Origin: Pirellulaceae bacterium
GTDB lineage: Bacteria > Planctomycetota > Planctomycetia > Pirellulales > Pirellulaceae
DNA: 64,000 nt
Assembly: GCA_963767665.1 (NCBI GenBank)
Contig: CAVYFC010000008.1
Location: forward strand, 943,326 to 1,007,325
Direction of reading: 5' to 3'
A model generated the notes under the pieces. The model saw only the letters and a program-made list of their open reading frames with translations, did not search any database and had not been told where the DNA came from. The position numbers and the translations under genes are program-made. Shown piece by piece: positions 10,738 through 21,393 of this stretch. The stretch's first letter is position 1. Each line of letters starts with the position of its first letter.

Positions 10738-11196
10738 AACACATTACAAACTGGTCAAGCGGTGTAACTCATTACCAGTTGTTTGGTTAGGGTGATTGGT
10801 AAAAAGGGATTCGAATCACCCGCGCCGTCTTTTCGAAACGTTCCGTGTCTCGTTTTTGCCATCAAGACAGGCACTTGGACAAGTCATCGGCCGATTTGAC
10901 CGTTTCAATCTAATTATATGCTGGACGACATGAAATGAAGTGGGAAAACACCCCTTTCTCTTCGATCGCGGTGGCCGCGGCTGACCTATGGAGCGGATCA
11001 GGAAAGGTTTTACGGCCAGCACGGAGCCCCCTTGATGAGCGTTCTGTTTTGAGGGTGTGGCGGGGCAGGAGAAATTGTCAGGATCTTGCCCAAGATGCCT
11101 AACGCCTCGACGAATGAGTGTTTGTGAGGCGGCAGGCCGGTCCCAGTTGTTCAAATCCGAAACCAGCCGCCCGAATCAGCCACCACCAGAGAGGGG

Positions 11197-12012
11197 ATGA
11201 CAATGATTAGAAAAATGGTTTTGACCGGGGGGGCTCTGGCGCTGCTTTCGAGCGTGACTCTGGGTGTTCCACTGTTTAGTTACGCCCGCTGCGGTGTCGA
11301 CTGGCTTCGCAGTTCGGCCAGTGATGCCGTCCCGCTGGAATGGGAACTGAAGCGAGCGCGGCAAATGATTGCCGATCTCAAGCCAGAAATTGAAATCAAT
11401 GCGACTCGGATCGCTCGCGAGAAAGTGGACTTCGCGCGATTGGAAAAGCAGTTGGAGGAAACCAACGCTCGTTTGGCTCAGAGCCGATCGGACATCGAAC
11501 GATTGAGTGAGGACCTTCGCAGCGAGGATCAGGTCTACACTTATGGTGGGCGGACCTACACGTCGATCCAGGTGAAGAACGATCTGAGCAACCGCTTCAA
11601 ACGCTTCAAGACGCGAAGTGAGACTGCCAACAAGTTGGAGCAGATGTTGACCGCGCGACAGGCGTCACTGCGGGCGGCCCAGGAGCGAATGGAAGCCATG
11701 CTCAGCGCGAGACGTCAGTTGGAGGTCGAGGTGGAAAACCTGCAGGCTCGTGTCGGTGCCCTACGGGTTGCCCAGACAAGCAGCCAGCTGAATTTGGACG
11801 ACAGCCAGTTGTCGCGTACCCGTGAGCTACTCGATGAGATCGCGACTCGGATCGACGTTGAGGAAGAGACGATGAGCGTGGACGTGGAGTACTTCGGCGA
11901 GATTGATTTGGATGAGCCTTCGGACGAGTCCTTGCTGGACGACATCTCTACTTACTTCAATCAGAATGGTAGTCAGTCGTCCGAAGCACTGGTTTCGATT
12001 CAGCTCAACTGA
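11197..12012 (+). CDS. coiled-coil PspA/IM30-like protein with N-terminal hydrophobic segment
   Basis: N-terminal signal/TM; long heptad helices (ELKRARQMIADLK...ARLEKQLEE; QLEVEVENLQAR); acidic tail; good RBS (GAGGGG). Confidence 0.65.
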   Translation: MTMIRKMVLTGGALALLSSVTLGVPLFSYARCGVDWLRSSASDAVPLEWELKRARQMIADLKPEIEINATRIAREKVDFARLEKQLEETNARLAQSRSDIERLSEDLRSEDQVYTYGGRTYTSIQVKNDLSNRFKRFKTRSETANKLEQMLTARQASLRAAQERMEAMLSARRQLEVEVENLQARVGALRVAQTSSQLNLDDSQLSRTRELLDEIATRIDVEEETMSVDVEYFGEIDLDEPSDESLLDDISTYFNQNGSQSSEALVSIQLN

Positions 12013-12039
12013 GTCCAGCCGCGTTTTTGGCTCAAGCAA

Positions 12040-12675
12040 GTGCTTGAGCCTGATTGGTCTTCCGGTCATTCCATTCCCCTGACACTACAGGCTGATTCCG
12101 TGTCAGCAAATGCCACCGAGTTGAACGATACGCCTCCAGCTCCTCGCTGGAGGCTTTGGATTGACGGCTGCGGTGGATACTTGTTGTTAGCCGGAGAGCG
12201 TTGGACGTTGGGTGGAGTGAGTCAAGCTCGTCACGCCGATATTTGTGTGCACGCCGACCTACCGAGGCTTGCGGGCACCATCGTACGCAACGGAGGAGAC
12301 TATTTTTGGACCGGGGTGCAGGGCTCCGATCGGCGGGAATTGATTACCAATGGGCAACCGCTTGCTGTTCAGGGATCAGCCCAACTCACCCTTCGCCAGC
12401 CGAGTGCATTGAGTGAATCGGCGGTTTTGACCCTCCGACCTCCCCACCGATTCGACCAGCATGTCGATGGGGTGGTGTTGACCAATGAAACGGTGCTGGT
12501 GGGACCCAGCCCCGATTGCCATATCCGTTGCCGCGACTCGTCCGATCGAGCGGTGCTCATTCGACGAGGCGATCAATGGTTGGCCAAGTCGGGTTTGGCC
12601 GGTGAATCGACGCCGCTTCCGCCTGGAAGTCGGACCATGCTACGAACCCTTGCAATGACGTTGGAAGAAGCATGA
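12040..12675 (+). CDS. FHA-like domain protein (degenerate)
   Basis: WRLWIDGCGGYLLL, WTLGG...ADICVHADLPRLAG and VLVGPSPDCHI beta-rich repeats; overlaps kinase start (ATGA); start uncertain (12040 or 12100). Confidence 0.6.
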   Translation: MLEPDWSSGHSIPLTLQADSVSANATELNDTPPAPRWRLWIDGCGGYLLLAGERWTLGGVSQARHADICVHADLPRLAGTIVRNGGDYFWTGVQGSDRRELITNGQPLAVQGSAQLTLRQPSALSESAVLTLRPPHRFDQHVDGVVLTNETVLVGPSPDCHIRCRDSSDRAVLIRRGDQWLAKSGLAGESTPLPPGSRTMLRTLAMTLEEA

Positions 12676-14999
12676 GCAATCCCAGCCAAGCCGCGATCGA
12701 TCAACGGCCGGACAAGTTGGGCGGAACGGTGACCGTCGCGCCCCGATCCGGTCAGTTTGGTGCCCAGAAAAGTGGACCCGAGCGGTCTGACCAAGGATCT
12801 TCCAATGATCTTTCTCCATGGAAACATCGATTCATGACTGCGCTTCTCGATAAAATAAGGATGAATCCAGCACGTGGTGGAGAGTCGGCGGAGGCATCCG
12901 AGCCATTCGATACCGACGTGCGGGGATCGAAAATCCACGCCGATTTGGGCGATTCCCCAGACGAGAATGCCTGGTTGGGGGAGACCCAGTTCGGCGATTC
13001 TTCATCGCCAACACGACCGATGACCTTTACCTACCCACCCGGATCGACGCCGCTGCCTCGATACACGATTCGTCGTGGGATCGGCATGGGTGGTTTTGGG
13101 GAGGTCTACTTCGCTGTCAGCGATGCTGGCAAGGAGGTAGCACTCAAGCGGATCCAGAGGAATCTTGAAGTTGAACTCCGCGGTGTTTCTCACTGCTTGA
13201 ACCTGAAGCATCCCAATTTGGTGGCCCTCTATGATGTCTGCCGCGACGACAAGGAACAATCTTGGGTCGTGATGGAGTACGTCGCGGGCCCCAACCTTCG
13301 TCAAGTCCTTGATGACGCGCCCACCGGCTTGCCAGCCGAAGAGGTGCGTCACTGGTTCCAGGGCATCTCCGCTGGCGTCCATCATCTTCATTCGGCCGGC
13401 TTGGTGCACCGCGACTTGAAGCCGGGCAACGTGTTCGACGACTTGGGCATCGTGAAGGTGGGTGATTACGGGCTGAGCAAGTTCATCTCTGCTTCCCATC
13501 GTGGCGGGCACACCGAAAGTGTGGGAACCTTCCACTACATGGCTCCCGAGATCGGCAGAGGCCAGTACGGTCGAGAGATCGATATCTACGCGATGGGCAT
13601 CATGCTCTACGAGCTGCTCACCGGTCAGGTTCCCTTTGATGGTGAGAGTTGTCACGAGATCATTGTCAAGCATTTGACTGCCACCCCGGAGCTAGACGGT
13701 GTGGCCGAACCATTTCGCTCGACCATCGCTCGCTGTCTTCAGAAAGATCCCACCAAGCGGTTTGCCACCATCCCTGAGATGATGGAGTCACTGAGATTTT
13801 CTGGAGCGGGTGGCGTAGCCACGATGGCAACGGCAGGTGCGTCGATCGACTCCGGCGCCGCAGCCACGCCCTTCATTCCGGTTGCGGAGGTGGTACCAGA
13901 GGACGTCACGCCAGTGGACGCTGATTTGGTACACCCACGAGATCATCGAACGCGTCGCTGTGATGCTCGACCCATTTCGCATCCCGATCCGGACGAGCCG
14001 TTTGCCCGAGCGATTCGGCAGAGCTTCCAGGACTTGAGTCGATGGTGGTCATCGCTCGATCGTTCGCCTGGTGCCAAAGCCTTCTTGCTCTTGGTTGGTG
14101 CGTTCGTGCTGATCATCAACACCCATTGGTTGTTGCCGATGCTATCGGTCTTGGCTGTCTTCTACGTTCCCTACTACATCGTTCGGCAGATGGTTCTGCA
14201 CGTTCGCCAGCAGCCGACTTATGCGGAAGCTCAGCGTATCGCAACGGCGGTGGGCGGTCGGCGAGTGCCGATTACGAAGGTCCAATGGCGAAACTACATG
14301 CGGACCGACCTGAGGGCGAAGCATTCGATTCATCGCGTTGCAGAGTTGAACACCTCATGGGTTGTCGCCAGCTTCTGCGCGATTGGACTCGCGATCGGAG
14401 CGGGTGCCATCGGCATGCGAAATGGACCGGTTGATGCAGTGACCCTTGCTCCCTACGCCTGGATGGCAGTGGTGGTCTTGCTTGGTTCCCTTTCGATCCT
14501 GGGAATGGGCAAGCTTTGGGAACGCGAGGATGGAGAATCCTTGCCGCGGCGAATGGTGCTCGCTGGCGTGGGTGCTGGCGTCGGGTTGGCCGCCTACTCG
14601 CTCCGTGAATTCTTGATGCTGCCACTCAATCAAGGACTGGGACGCGACATTGACGCGACCAATCTGCCACTCGCGCTGTACTCCGATGGAGTCCCCTCAG
14701 CAACGGCGCTGATGGCCCATTTCGCGCTGCTGTTTGCCGTGCTGAGATGGTGGAAACCGGTCGATCCGTTACGACGCACACGCTTGAGCCTGTGGGCGGT
14801 TGCGGTTGCGGTCGTCGGTGAGTGGGCGGTTCATCAGGTCCTACCCGTACCTCAACCTGCCGGCATGTTGATCGCAGGTGGGATCGCGATCAGCATTCAG
14901 CTTTCAGCCCCATGGATCAATCCGCGGATGATGCGTGAGTCGATGGCGAAAAACATGTTCGCCAACCGCGAGCGATCGAGTGCTAGGAGTATCGCATGA
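12672..14999 (+). CDS. Hanks-type Ser/Thr protein kinase with C-terminal multi-TM domain
   Basis: GMGGFGEV, VALK, HRDLKPGN, DYG, GTFHYMAPE, DIYAMG; several hydrophobic helices in the C-terminal half. Confidence 0.95.
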   Translation: MSNPSQAAIDQRPDKLGGTVTVAPRSGQFGAQKSGPERSDQGSSNDLSPWKHRFMTALLDKIRMNPARGGESAEASEPFDTDVRGSKIHADLGDSPDENAWLGETQFGDSSSPTRPMTFTYPPGSTPLPRYTIRRGIGMGGFGEVYFAVSDAGKEVALKRIQRNLEVELRGVSHCLNLKHPNLVALYDVCRDDKEQSWVVMEYVAGPNLRQVLDDAPTGLPAEEVRHWFQGISAGVHHLHSAGLVHRDLKPGNVFDDLGIVKVGDYGLSKFISASHRGGHTESVGTFHYMAPEIGRGQYGREIDIYAMGIMLYELLTGQVPFDGESCHEIIVKHLTATPELDGVAEPFRSTIARCLQKDPTKRFATIPEMMESLRFSGAGGVATMATAGASIDSGAAATPFIPVAEVVPEDVTPVDADLVHPRDHRTRRCDARPISHPDPDEPFARAIRQSFQDLSRWWSSLDRSPGAKAFLLLVGAFVLIINTHWLLPMLSVLAVFYVPYYIVRQMVLHVRQQPTYAEAQRIATAVGGRRVPITKVQWRNYMRTDLRAKHSIHRVAELNTSWVVASFCAIGLAIGAGAIGMRNGPVDAVTLAPYAWMAVVVLLGSLSILGMGKLWEREDGESLPRRMVLAGVGAGVGLAAYSLREFLMLPLNQGLGRDIDATNLPLALYSDGVPSATALMAHFALLFAVLRWWKPVDPLRRTRLSLWAVAVAVVGEWAVHQVLPVPQPAGMLIAGGIAISIQLSAPWINPRMMRESMAKNMFANRERSSARSIA

Positions 15000-15649
15000 G
15001 CGTCACCATGACAAAGAGTTCGACCTGTTTGTTGTTGTTAACATTGGTGCCGGCAAGTTACGCCGCGGCGGCCACGATCCAATCGAAGGATGCTGCCCCG
15101 AAAGAACTCTCGGTCGCGCCCTTGGATCACGTCGAGTATCCAGAGTCTCGCCCAGATTGGGTGGCCAATCCGTCGGAGAGTGATGACGATGGATTTCGGA
15201 CGGTGATTGTCTCCGGGCCATGCGACACCGTCGAAGAGAGCCTGGAAGAATTGCGTCTGATGCAGCGAGCGGCCGTTTCCACCTTGGTCACCCGGATCGC
15301 TCAATCCGATGGTCGCTTTGATTTCTATTGGCCTTCTGACGAAGAGATCGAACGTGATCTGGTGAGCCGCCAATATCAGGGCGAGGTCACACAAGGCGAT
15401 CAGATTCGTTTTGAGCACGCGGTTGAAATCGAGTTTTCCGAAGCCGAGCAAGCAGAGGTGCGCCAAGCTTGGCAGAACCTCGAGGTGCGAGATCGACTCG
15501 GTGCTTTGGGCGTCGTGACCTTCACTGGTCTGGTGCTGTTGGTTTGCGGCTCAGGATTCACCGGACTGGTCAGTCGTCGCGCTCAGCGGCGAAGTCGCCA
15601 AGATCCAGATCCAGATCGCGATCCGAATCGAAACCCGTTGGGAGCCTAA
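14996..15649 (+). CDS. exported/membrane-anchored hypothetical protein
   Basis: N-terminal signal peptide, C-terminal TM (LGALGVVTFTGLVLLVCG); ATGA overlap with kinase stop. Confidence 0.75.
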   Translation: MSVTMTKSSTCLLLLTLVPASYAAAATIQSKDAAPKELSVAPLDHVEYPESRPDWVANPSESDDDGFRTVIVSGPCDTVEESLEELRLMQRAAVSTLVTRIAQSDGRFDFYWPSDEEIERDLVSRQYQGEVTQGDQIRFEHAVEIEFSEAEQAEVRQAWQNLEVRDRLGALGVVTFTGLVLLVCGSGFTGLVSRRAQRRSRQDPDPDRDPNRNPLGA

Positions 15650-15695
15650 CTCGGCAACGCCAGTCTCTCTTCACCTCGATTCTGCTCAAAAGCCG

Positions 15696-15767
15696 TACGA
15701 TGGACTTCCAAATCCGTCGCTTCCTTCGCCATCCCGTTGAAGTCGACGGACTTGGAAGTCCATCGTA
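15696..15767. repeat. REP-doublet (REPIN-like) inverted repeat, family A copy 1
   Basis: TACGATGGACTTCCAAATCCGTCG ... CGACGGACTTGGAAGTCCATCGTA (23/24 match), between convergent genes. Confidence 0.85.
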
Positions 15768-15771
15768 GGGA

Positions 15772-17683
15772 TCAGGATGTCCAGCGGCGCAGCCAGGTTT
15801 CAAGAATCAGTAGGTTCCAAAGCCTGTATCCATGATTCTGCTCACTCGTTTCGTGTGACCGGCAAAGTTCGGCAACCACATCACGCCGGAAATATTGGGC
15901 GATCCGAGCATCGGATGCCAGCAGTGTGTCGTGGACCAAGGGCTTCAACTCGTTTCGGAACCAAGCTGCGATTGGGATACCAAATCCCATCTTCGGTCGC
16001 GTAAAGATCGTCTTGGGGAGCTTGGAACCGAAAGCATCCTGTAGGATCAGCTTGCCTCGCCTTCCGCGAAACTTCAGCGATACGGGTAGGGAGGCTGCGA
16101 ATTCAACGACGCGGTGATCGAGAAAAGGTTGACGCACCTCCAACCCGTGCGCCATCGATGCAATGTCGACTTTGGTGCAGAGGTCGCATGGGAGGTAAGT
16201 CAGGATATCGGTGGTCGAGGCACGTGTCACGACATCACGTCCCTGACTGCGCCGCCAGTTCGCTTCCAAGAATTCAAATGGATCGACATCCGGCAGTGTG
16301 GCAAGAAAGTCATCGGTATACATCGCGGCACGAAGCGACTCGGGAAAGATCTGCAGCCAGTTCAAGTAACGTCGCGCGGCAGGTTGTCCCAGCGCTTCCA
16401 GGAATCGCTTGCCGCGACGAACGATTGAGCGTCGGCGATTGGAGTCGGGCAGACGTTGCAGTTGTCCGATTCCTGGAATTCGATGAATCGGAAACAGCTT
16501 TTGCAAGTACTGACTGAGCCACAAGGCGCGGTAACGATCGTAACCAGCAAACAATTCGTCGCCCCCATCGCCGGAGAGCGCGACGGTGACTTCTGATCGA
16601 GTCAATTCCGACAGGTACCACGTTGGCACTGCGGATGAGTCGCCAAATGGCTCGTCGTAATGCCAAACCAGCTTGTCGATCACGTCGACGCCACTTGGCA
16701 TCACTTCGAAACGTTGATGCTTTGTACCCAAGTGATCCGCAACCTGAGCCGCGTAAACCGTTTCATCAAAATCAGAGACGGGAAATCCAATGCTAAAGGT
16801 GCGGACCGGATCGGGGTTGAGGTCCTGGGCGATCGCCGTGATCAAGGAGGAGTCGATGCCGCCCGAAAGAAACGTCCCCAAGGGCACGTCGCTCTGCAAT
16901 CGCAGCCGCACCGAATCGGTGAGCAGTTCATCGAGCCGCTGACACGCCTCCTCCTTTCCAATTGAGATCTCGATGGAAGGGTCAAAGTCCCAATACCTGC
17001 GAACGGAGACCTGACCATTCTCGAAGATCGCGAAGTGACCGGGAGCCAGTTTATGGACCCCTTTCCAGATGGTGCCCGGATGCGGCACGTACTGGTAGGT
17101 CAGAAACTCATCGATCGCCTCCGGATCGATCTCGGTGCAGATCCCTTCGACCGCCGCCAGGCACTTGAGTTCGCTTCCAAAGACGATGCGATCGTTGTGG
17201 ACCGCGTAGTACAGCGGCTTTTGCCCGATGCGATCACGTGCCAGTACCAGCCGATTGCGATTGGCGTCCCAGAGTCGCGATCGCAAACATGCCGTTGAGC
17301 TCGGAGAAACAGTCGGTTCCGGCGTCTTCATAAAGGTGCAGAATCGATTCGCCGTCCCCGTCGGTGGCGAAGCGATGGCCGGTTCCCTCCAGCCTTCGGC
17401 GAAGTGAGCGGTAGTTGTAGACTTCACCATTGAAGACCATGTGGATGCTTGCATCCTCATTGGCCATGGGCTGCCGAGCGCCTTGCAAGTCGATGATGCT
17501 CAGTCGCCGGAAGCCGAGGGCCACTCCGATCGGTCGGCCATAGGCGTCTCGATGATCGGTCGATCGCCACGTTTGCGAGTCATCCGGACCGCGATGCGCG
17601 ATGGCCTCGGTCATTCTGTTCAGCAATTCCGGGGAGACTGCCTCTCGTGGGTGTTGCCAAACCGCACCGGTGATACCGCACAT
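15772..17683 (-). CDS. asnB: asparagine synthase (glutamine-hydrolysing); one frameshift near 17280
   Basis: MCGITG, HRGPD, RRLSIID, FNGEVYN in one frame; LARDRIGQKPLYY, LSGGIDSS, LSGDGGDELF, KMGF in the next. Confidence 0.95.
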
Positions 17684-17957
17684 TTACCGCTCCAGATCGG
17701 TCATTCGCATCGTTTCTGAGGACGAGTATGACGGGGCCAAGGGGTTCTCGAAAGTGAGCCCGCCGGTGGCCAAGGACAAGCACCGGCTATCCCCTTGCTC
17801 GTCTCAACCCGAAAATTCGCTTGGCGGGCCGCTCCATCAACCGATCATTCTCTCGCTACGGATCGGATGTGTAGAAGGGTTCAAGAATGTACTTGTGTTC
17901 ACCTGTTGGGTTCGCTACAATTTTCGCCTGAACAGGATCACTTCACAGGAGGAAGCC

Positions 17958-18653
17958 ATGCTGGTGCTGTCACGTAAGCTAGGAGAGTCGGTCGAAATCG
18001 GTGACAACAAAGTGATCGTGCGGGTGCTCGGCATCAAACGGTCCAAGGTTCAGTTGGGTGTCGATGCGCCGCCGGAAGTCGCGATCCATCGTAGTGAGAA
18101 AGCAGATCGATACACCCCCCAAGACTCGCATCGGACTCGGATCGATGACGTTGCCTCCTCCGAGACAGCGATTGACGATGCGGGGCAGCATCACGCGTCC
18201 CCGCAGGGGATAGCTGATTCCTTGATGGAGTCAACACGAGCGAATTCCAGCAGCGCTATCGAGTTCGCGATGGGGTTCGGCGAATCGATCTTGGAGGATC
18301 TGGTTCGTGTTCAAGCCGAGATTGCTGTCTTGGCGGAGTTGGCCCCCAGCCAGAAGCAATGCACGGCACAGCACGTTGCTGCGGAAGCAATCGAACGTTT
18401 AGCGGCCATGGAACGTTCCCTGAGATCTGTTCGTCGGCAAACAGCCGAACGACCGATCGCCGCCTTCGTCGGATCTCGTTCAAAAGCCTTGCAACAAATG
18501 GACTGCCAGGACGATTCGAACACTTCCGGCGAGCATGACAGCGATCCATGGAGTGATCCATGCAGCGATTCGTCTTCGTTGATTCGCGAAGAAAACGCAC
18601 CTTTCCAAGTTGGGGCAGCTCACTGTTCGGTTTGTCTCGGACCCAACGGATGA
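17958..18653 (+). CDS. CsrA (carbon storage regulator)-domain protein with long C-terminal extension
   Basis: MLVLSRKLGESVEIGD..VRVLGI..SKVQLGVDAPPEVAIHRSE is the CsrA signature; RBS AGGAGG. Confidence 0.88.
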   Translation: MLVLSRKLGESVEIGDNKVIVRVLGIKRSKVQLGVDAPPEVAIHRSEKADRYTPQDSHRTRIDDVASSETAIDDAGQHHASPQGIADSLMESTRANSSSAIEFAMGFGESILEDLVRVQAEIAVLAELAPSQKQCTAQHVAAEAIERLAAMERSLRSVRRQTAERPIAAFVGSRSKALQQMDCQDDSNTSGEHDSDPWSDPCSDSSSLIREENAPFQVGAAHCSVCLGPNG

Positions 18654-18732
18654 TCGTTATGTCGGCGAGTCGCTCCGAGACTCGCATTTGCTTCGAAACC
18701 ACTGATGGTGCGAGGTTCCGTCTGGAAACATG

Positions 18733-18880
18733 TACGATGGGCTTCCAAGCCCGTCGACTGGTCGCTCCAGCAAGACCATTTTGATCATTGATGTGGGATC
18801 ATCCGTAGGCCAAGAGATGTCCTGGTCTCCTAAGAAAAACCTCAAAACGCTCGAGTCGATGGGCTTGGAGGCCCATCGTA
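18733..18880. repeat. REP-doublet inverted repeat, family A copy 2
   Basis: TACGATGGGCTTCCAAGCCCGTCGACT (18733-18759) ... AGTCGATGGGCTTGGAGGCCCATCGTA (18854-18880), 25/27 match. Confidence 0.85.
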
Positions 18881-19013
18881 AGGCATGGGTCCTGAGCATG
18901 GAGGCTACGCCAATCTCGAAAGAGTCCCTCGAGACGCAGTCCAATCCTGGACGTGGCATCCCGGTTCGATGGCATTGGTTCCATAGCCTTGTCGGTCGGA
19001 ACATCGTCATCCA

Positions 19014-19153
19014 CTAGAGCGTTTTCATTTTTCATGTGCGTTGCTGGAAAAGGGGTCAGGCCCCAATAGCCGCAAGCGGCCCGAAGGGTGCTTCGCACTA
19101 TTGGGGCCTGACCCCTTTTCCAGCTGGCTATGTTATTGTTGAAAATGCTCTAG
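19014..19153. mobile_element. MITE-like element (140 bp), family B copy 1
   Basis: TIR CTAGAGCGTTTTCA / TGAAAATGCTCTAG; internal perfect 27-bp inverted repeat (19043-19069 / 19098-19124); near-identical copy at 25211. Confidence 0.85.
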
Positions 19154-19154
19154 T

Positions 19155-21241
19155 CTAGGGAAGCCAACGTTCATCAAAGAAGCCGGCCCGGAGGACGTGA
19201 CCCGGATTCTGGCTCGTTGAGCCCTCCGTGACGTCCATCAATGCCCAGTCGGGTAGCTTTGGTGTCTGTCTCGCGTTGTTCAAGTAGTCGTACTCTCGAA
19301 ATGTAAAGCCGCTGTTGAGTACCACGTAGTGATTCTGATTCAGCGGATTTGGATAGATCAACGCTGCAGCATGTCCACTTCGCGGTACCGAGTGTTCGCC
19401 GATCTCGATCGTCTCTGCCAACCAGCGGACGGGGAGATCGGCCGACATGCGCTCAATCATCCGATTGGATTCCGCATCCCCGAAGAGAACAAGATTTGCC
19501 GAGGCGATGTCCTCGTCGGTTACGTCACGGTCAAGCTTCTGACGAATGTCGCCGCGAAAGTGCTTGCGCCAGTGAAGCATGGCGTGGATCGATTCTGCGT
19601 CCACCCACTCTTGAAGGATCGGATCGCTACTTTTGCCACTCGGCAGAACAAACAGAAACGTGTCCATGAACGCATCGTCGATCGGGCCCTGCAGGCCAGG
19701 ACGCTTGCGTAGCCCAACATCGGAATCGGCTCCCTGCCACGAACCCTCATGGAGCTCCACTTCCCAACTCCACGACCGGTCCGACTTCACGACGGGACCT
19801 TGCAGAGATTGATTGTCAATGTCGATGAAGATTGGACCGTTGGCGGTACCTTGCCATTCTCCTGGACCAAAAGCAAAACGGAGGTGGCTGACATTGCTGG
19901 TGTTGACACGGATTGCTGATTCACTCGCCTCCGCGGACACGGTGGCAGGAGACCAATGCTCGATCAACCCACGCACATCGATCCAGTGCATGCGATGGTA
20001 TCGAAGTGTGACGGTGGTGAACTCAATTCGTGCCGGTGATCGCGGCGATGCTCGTCGAGCCAGTTGCTTCATCCTCGCTGCAATCTCAAACTTGGATTGA
20101 TCATGGATCTTGTGTGCGGTCTCGGGGCCAATCACATGGACTAAATCAACACCCAGTTCGGCCAGTGATTGGGACATCACGTCAGCCGCCTGTTTCTGCT
20201 TGTCCAACGCACCGCTGTAAGCGATGGTGGGGCAATGGAGAAGGTTGCGGGCCCAGAGGGGGCAGTCGTAAAGTTGCCAGAGCTTCTGTTGATACCAGGG
20301 TGCACTGCCGCGTACGTTCTCCTCCTGAAAGAACGCGAGGAACTCTGGCGTTTCCGAGAACCCAGCTCCTGGGTTGGCTGCGAACCAGCGATCCGCGTAG
20401 TGGGTGGCAAATTGCCAACATGCGGCACCTCCCATCGAGAAACCACGAACGCTGATGCGGTCTTCATCAATGGCGAGTCGTTGCTGAATGTATTGAAGTG
20501 CTTCGAGAACGTCCGTCTCTCCCGCAAATTTGAAGGCATTGCTGTAGCGACCGTATGGGTGAAGGACCAGCGTGTCTTCCGGTGTGTATTGCCCCGTGCT
20601 TTCGCGCTGTTGCCCTAAGAATGCGAGCTCACTCAGTGTTTCACCACGGCCATGGAACCAGAGATCGAGTCGACGAGGACGCTCGAGATCTTGAGTCAGT
20701 CCCGCAGGAATCACCAAGCCGTAAGGTTGATAGGAGCCATCAATCCTGGACTGGTAACCTCCGATGATCGTGTGAGGTCCCGCGGCTCGTGAGAGCCCAA
20801 CCACGTCGGACCAGTCGCCACCGTCCCGGACGATCTCCAGACGACGGTTTGCCTCATCCAGCATCTCGGAGGCGACGTTCAGTTCTCTCGGCTTATGGAA
20901 TTGACCAAATTCGAGGGCGAGCTCGATCGCGCGAGGAAACACAAGCACTTCACTTGTCAGCGACTCGATCGCGACTGCTGAGTCGTCACTCGCCATTTGC
21001 GACTCTTTCTTCGAGTCGATGTTCGCCAACAGGGCCTGCCACTGCGCCGGATCGCTTTGCATCGCCACGCAAGTGCCTCACGGCTTGCCGCGTCAATCTC
21101 GATCCCAAGGGGAGGAATGGGCCGTACGGAATCGGGTCGATTGTCATCAGGACCATCGCACCAGGCGAGACTTGCCGCCAAGAAGATGCCTCCCAAGACA
21201 GGACCGGCAACCAACCATGCTACAGATAGGATTCGAGACAT
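19155..21241 (-). CDS. secreted prolyl-oligopeptidase-like (S9) serine hydrolase; frameshift near 21060
   Basis: Signal peptide and DGPDDN N-terminus in 20957..21241 frame; WFHGRGE, RGFSMGG nucleophile motif, GALD, TAH. Confidence 0.8.
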
Positions 21242-21393
21242 GACTCACTCGTAGGACGGGGAGACTTGGGAGACTCGGATGACGTTCAAAAGTGTTCCAC
21301 TCGGTCCACTGCCCGGATGGAATGGGGTACAACGGAGGGTGTCTCATCATACTTGGAAAGGATTCGCTGCGAGCAATTCACGGTTGCAGGCCC

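Noticed and set aside
18657-19098. Short ORFs between the CsrA gene and the peptidase
   Set aside because: They are made largely of REP/MITE sequence.
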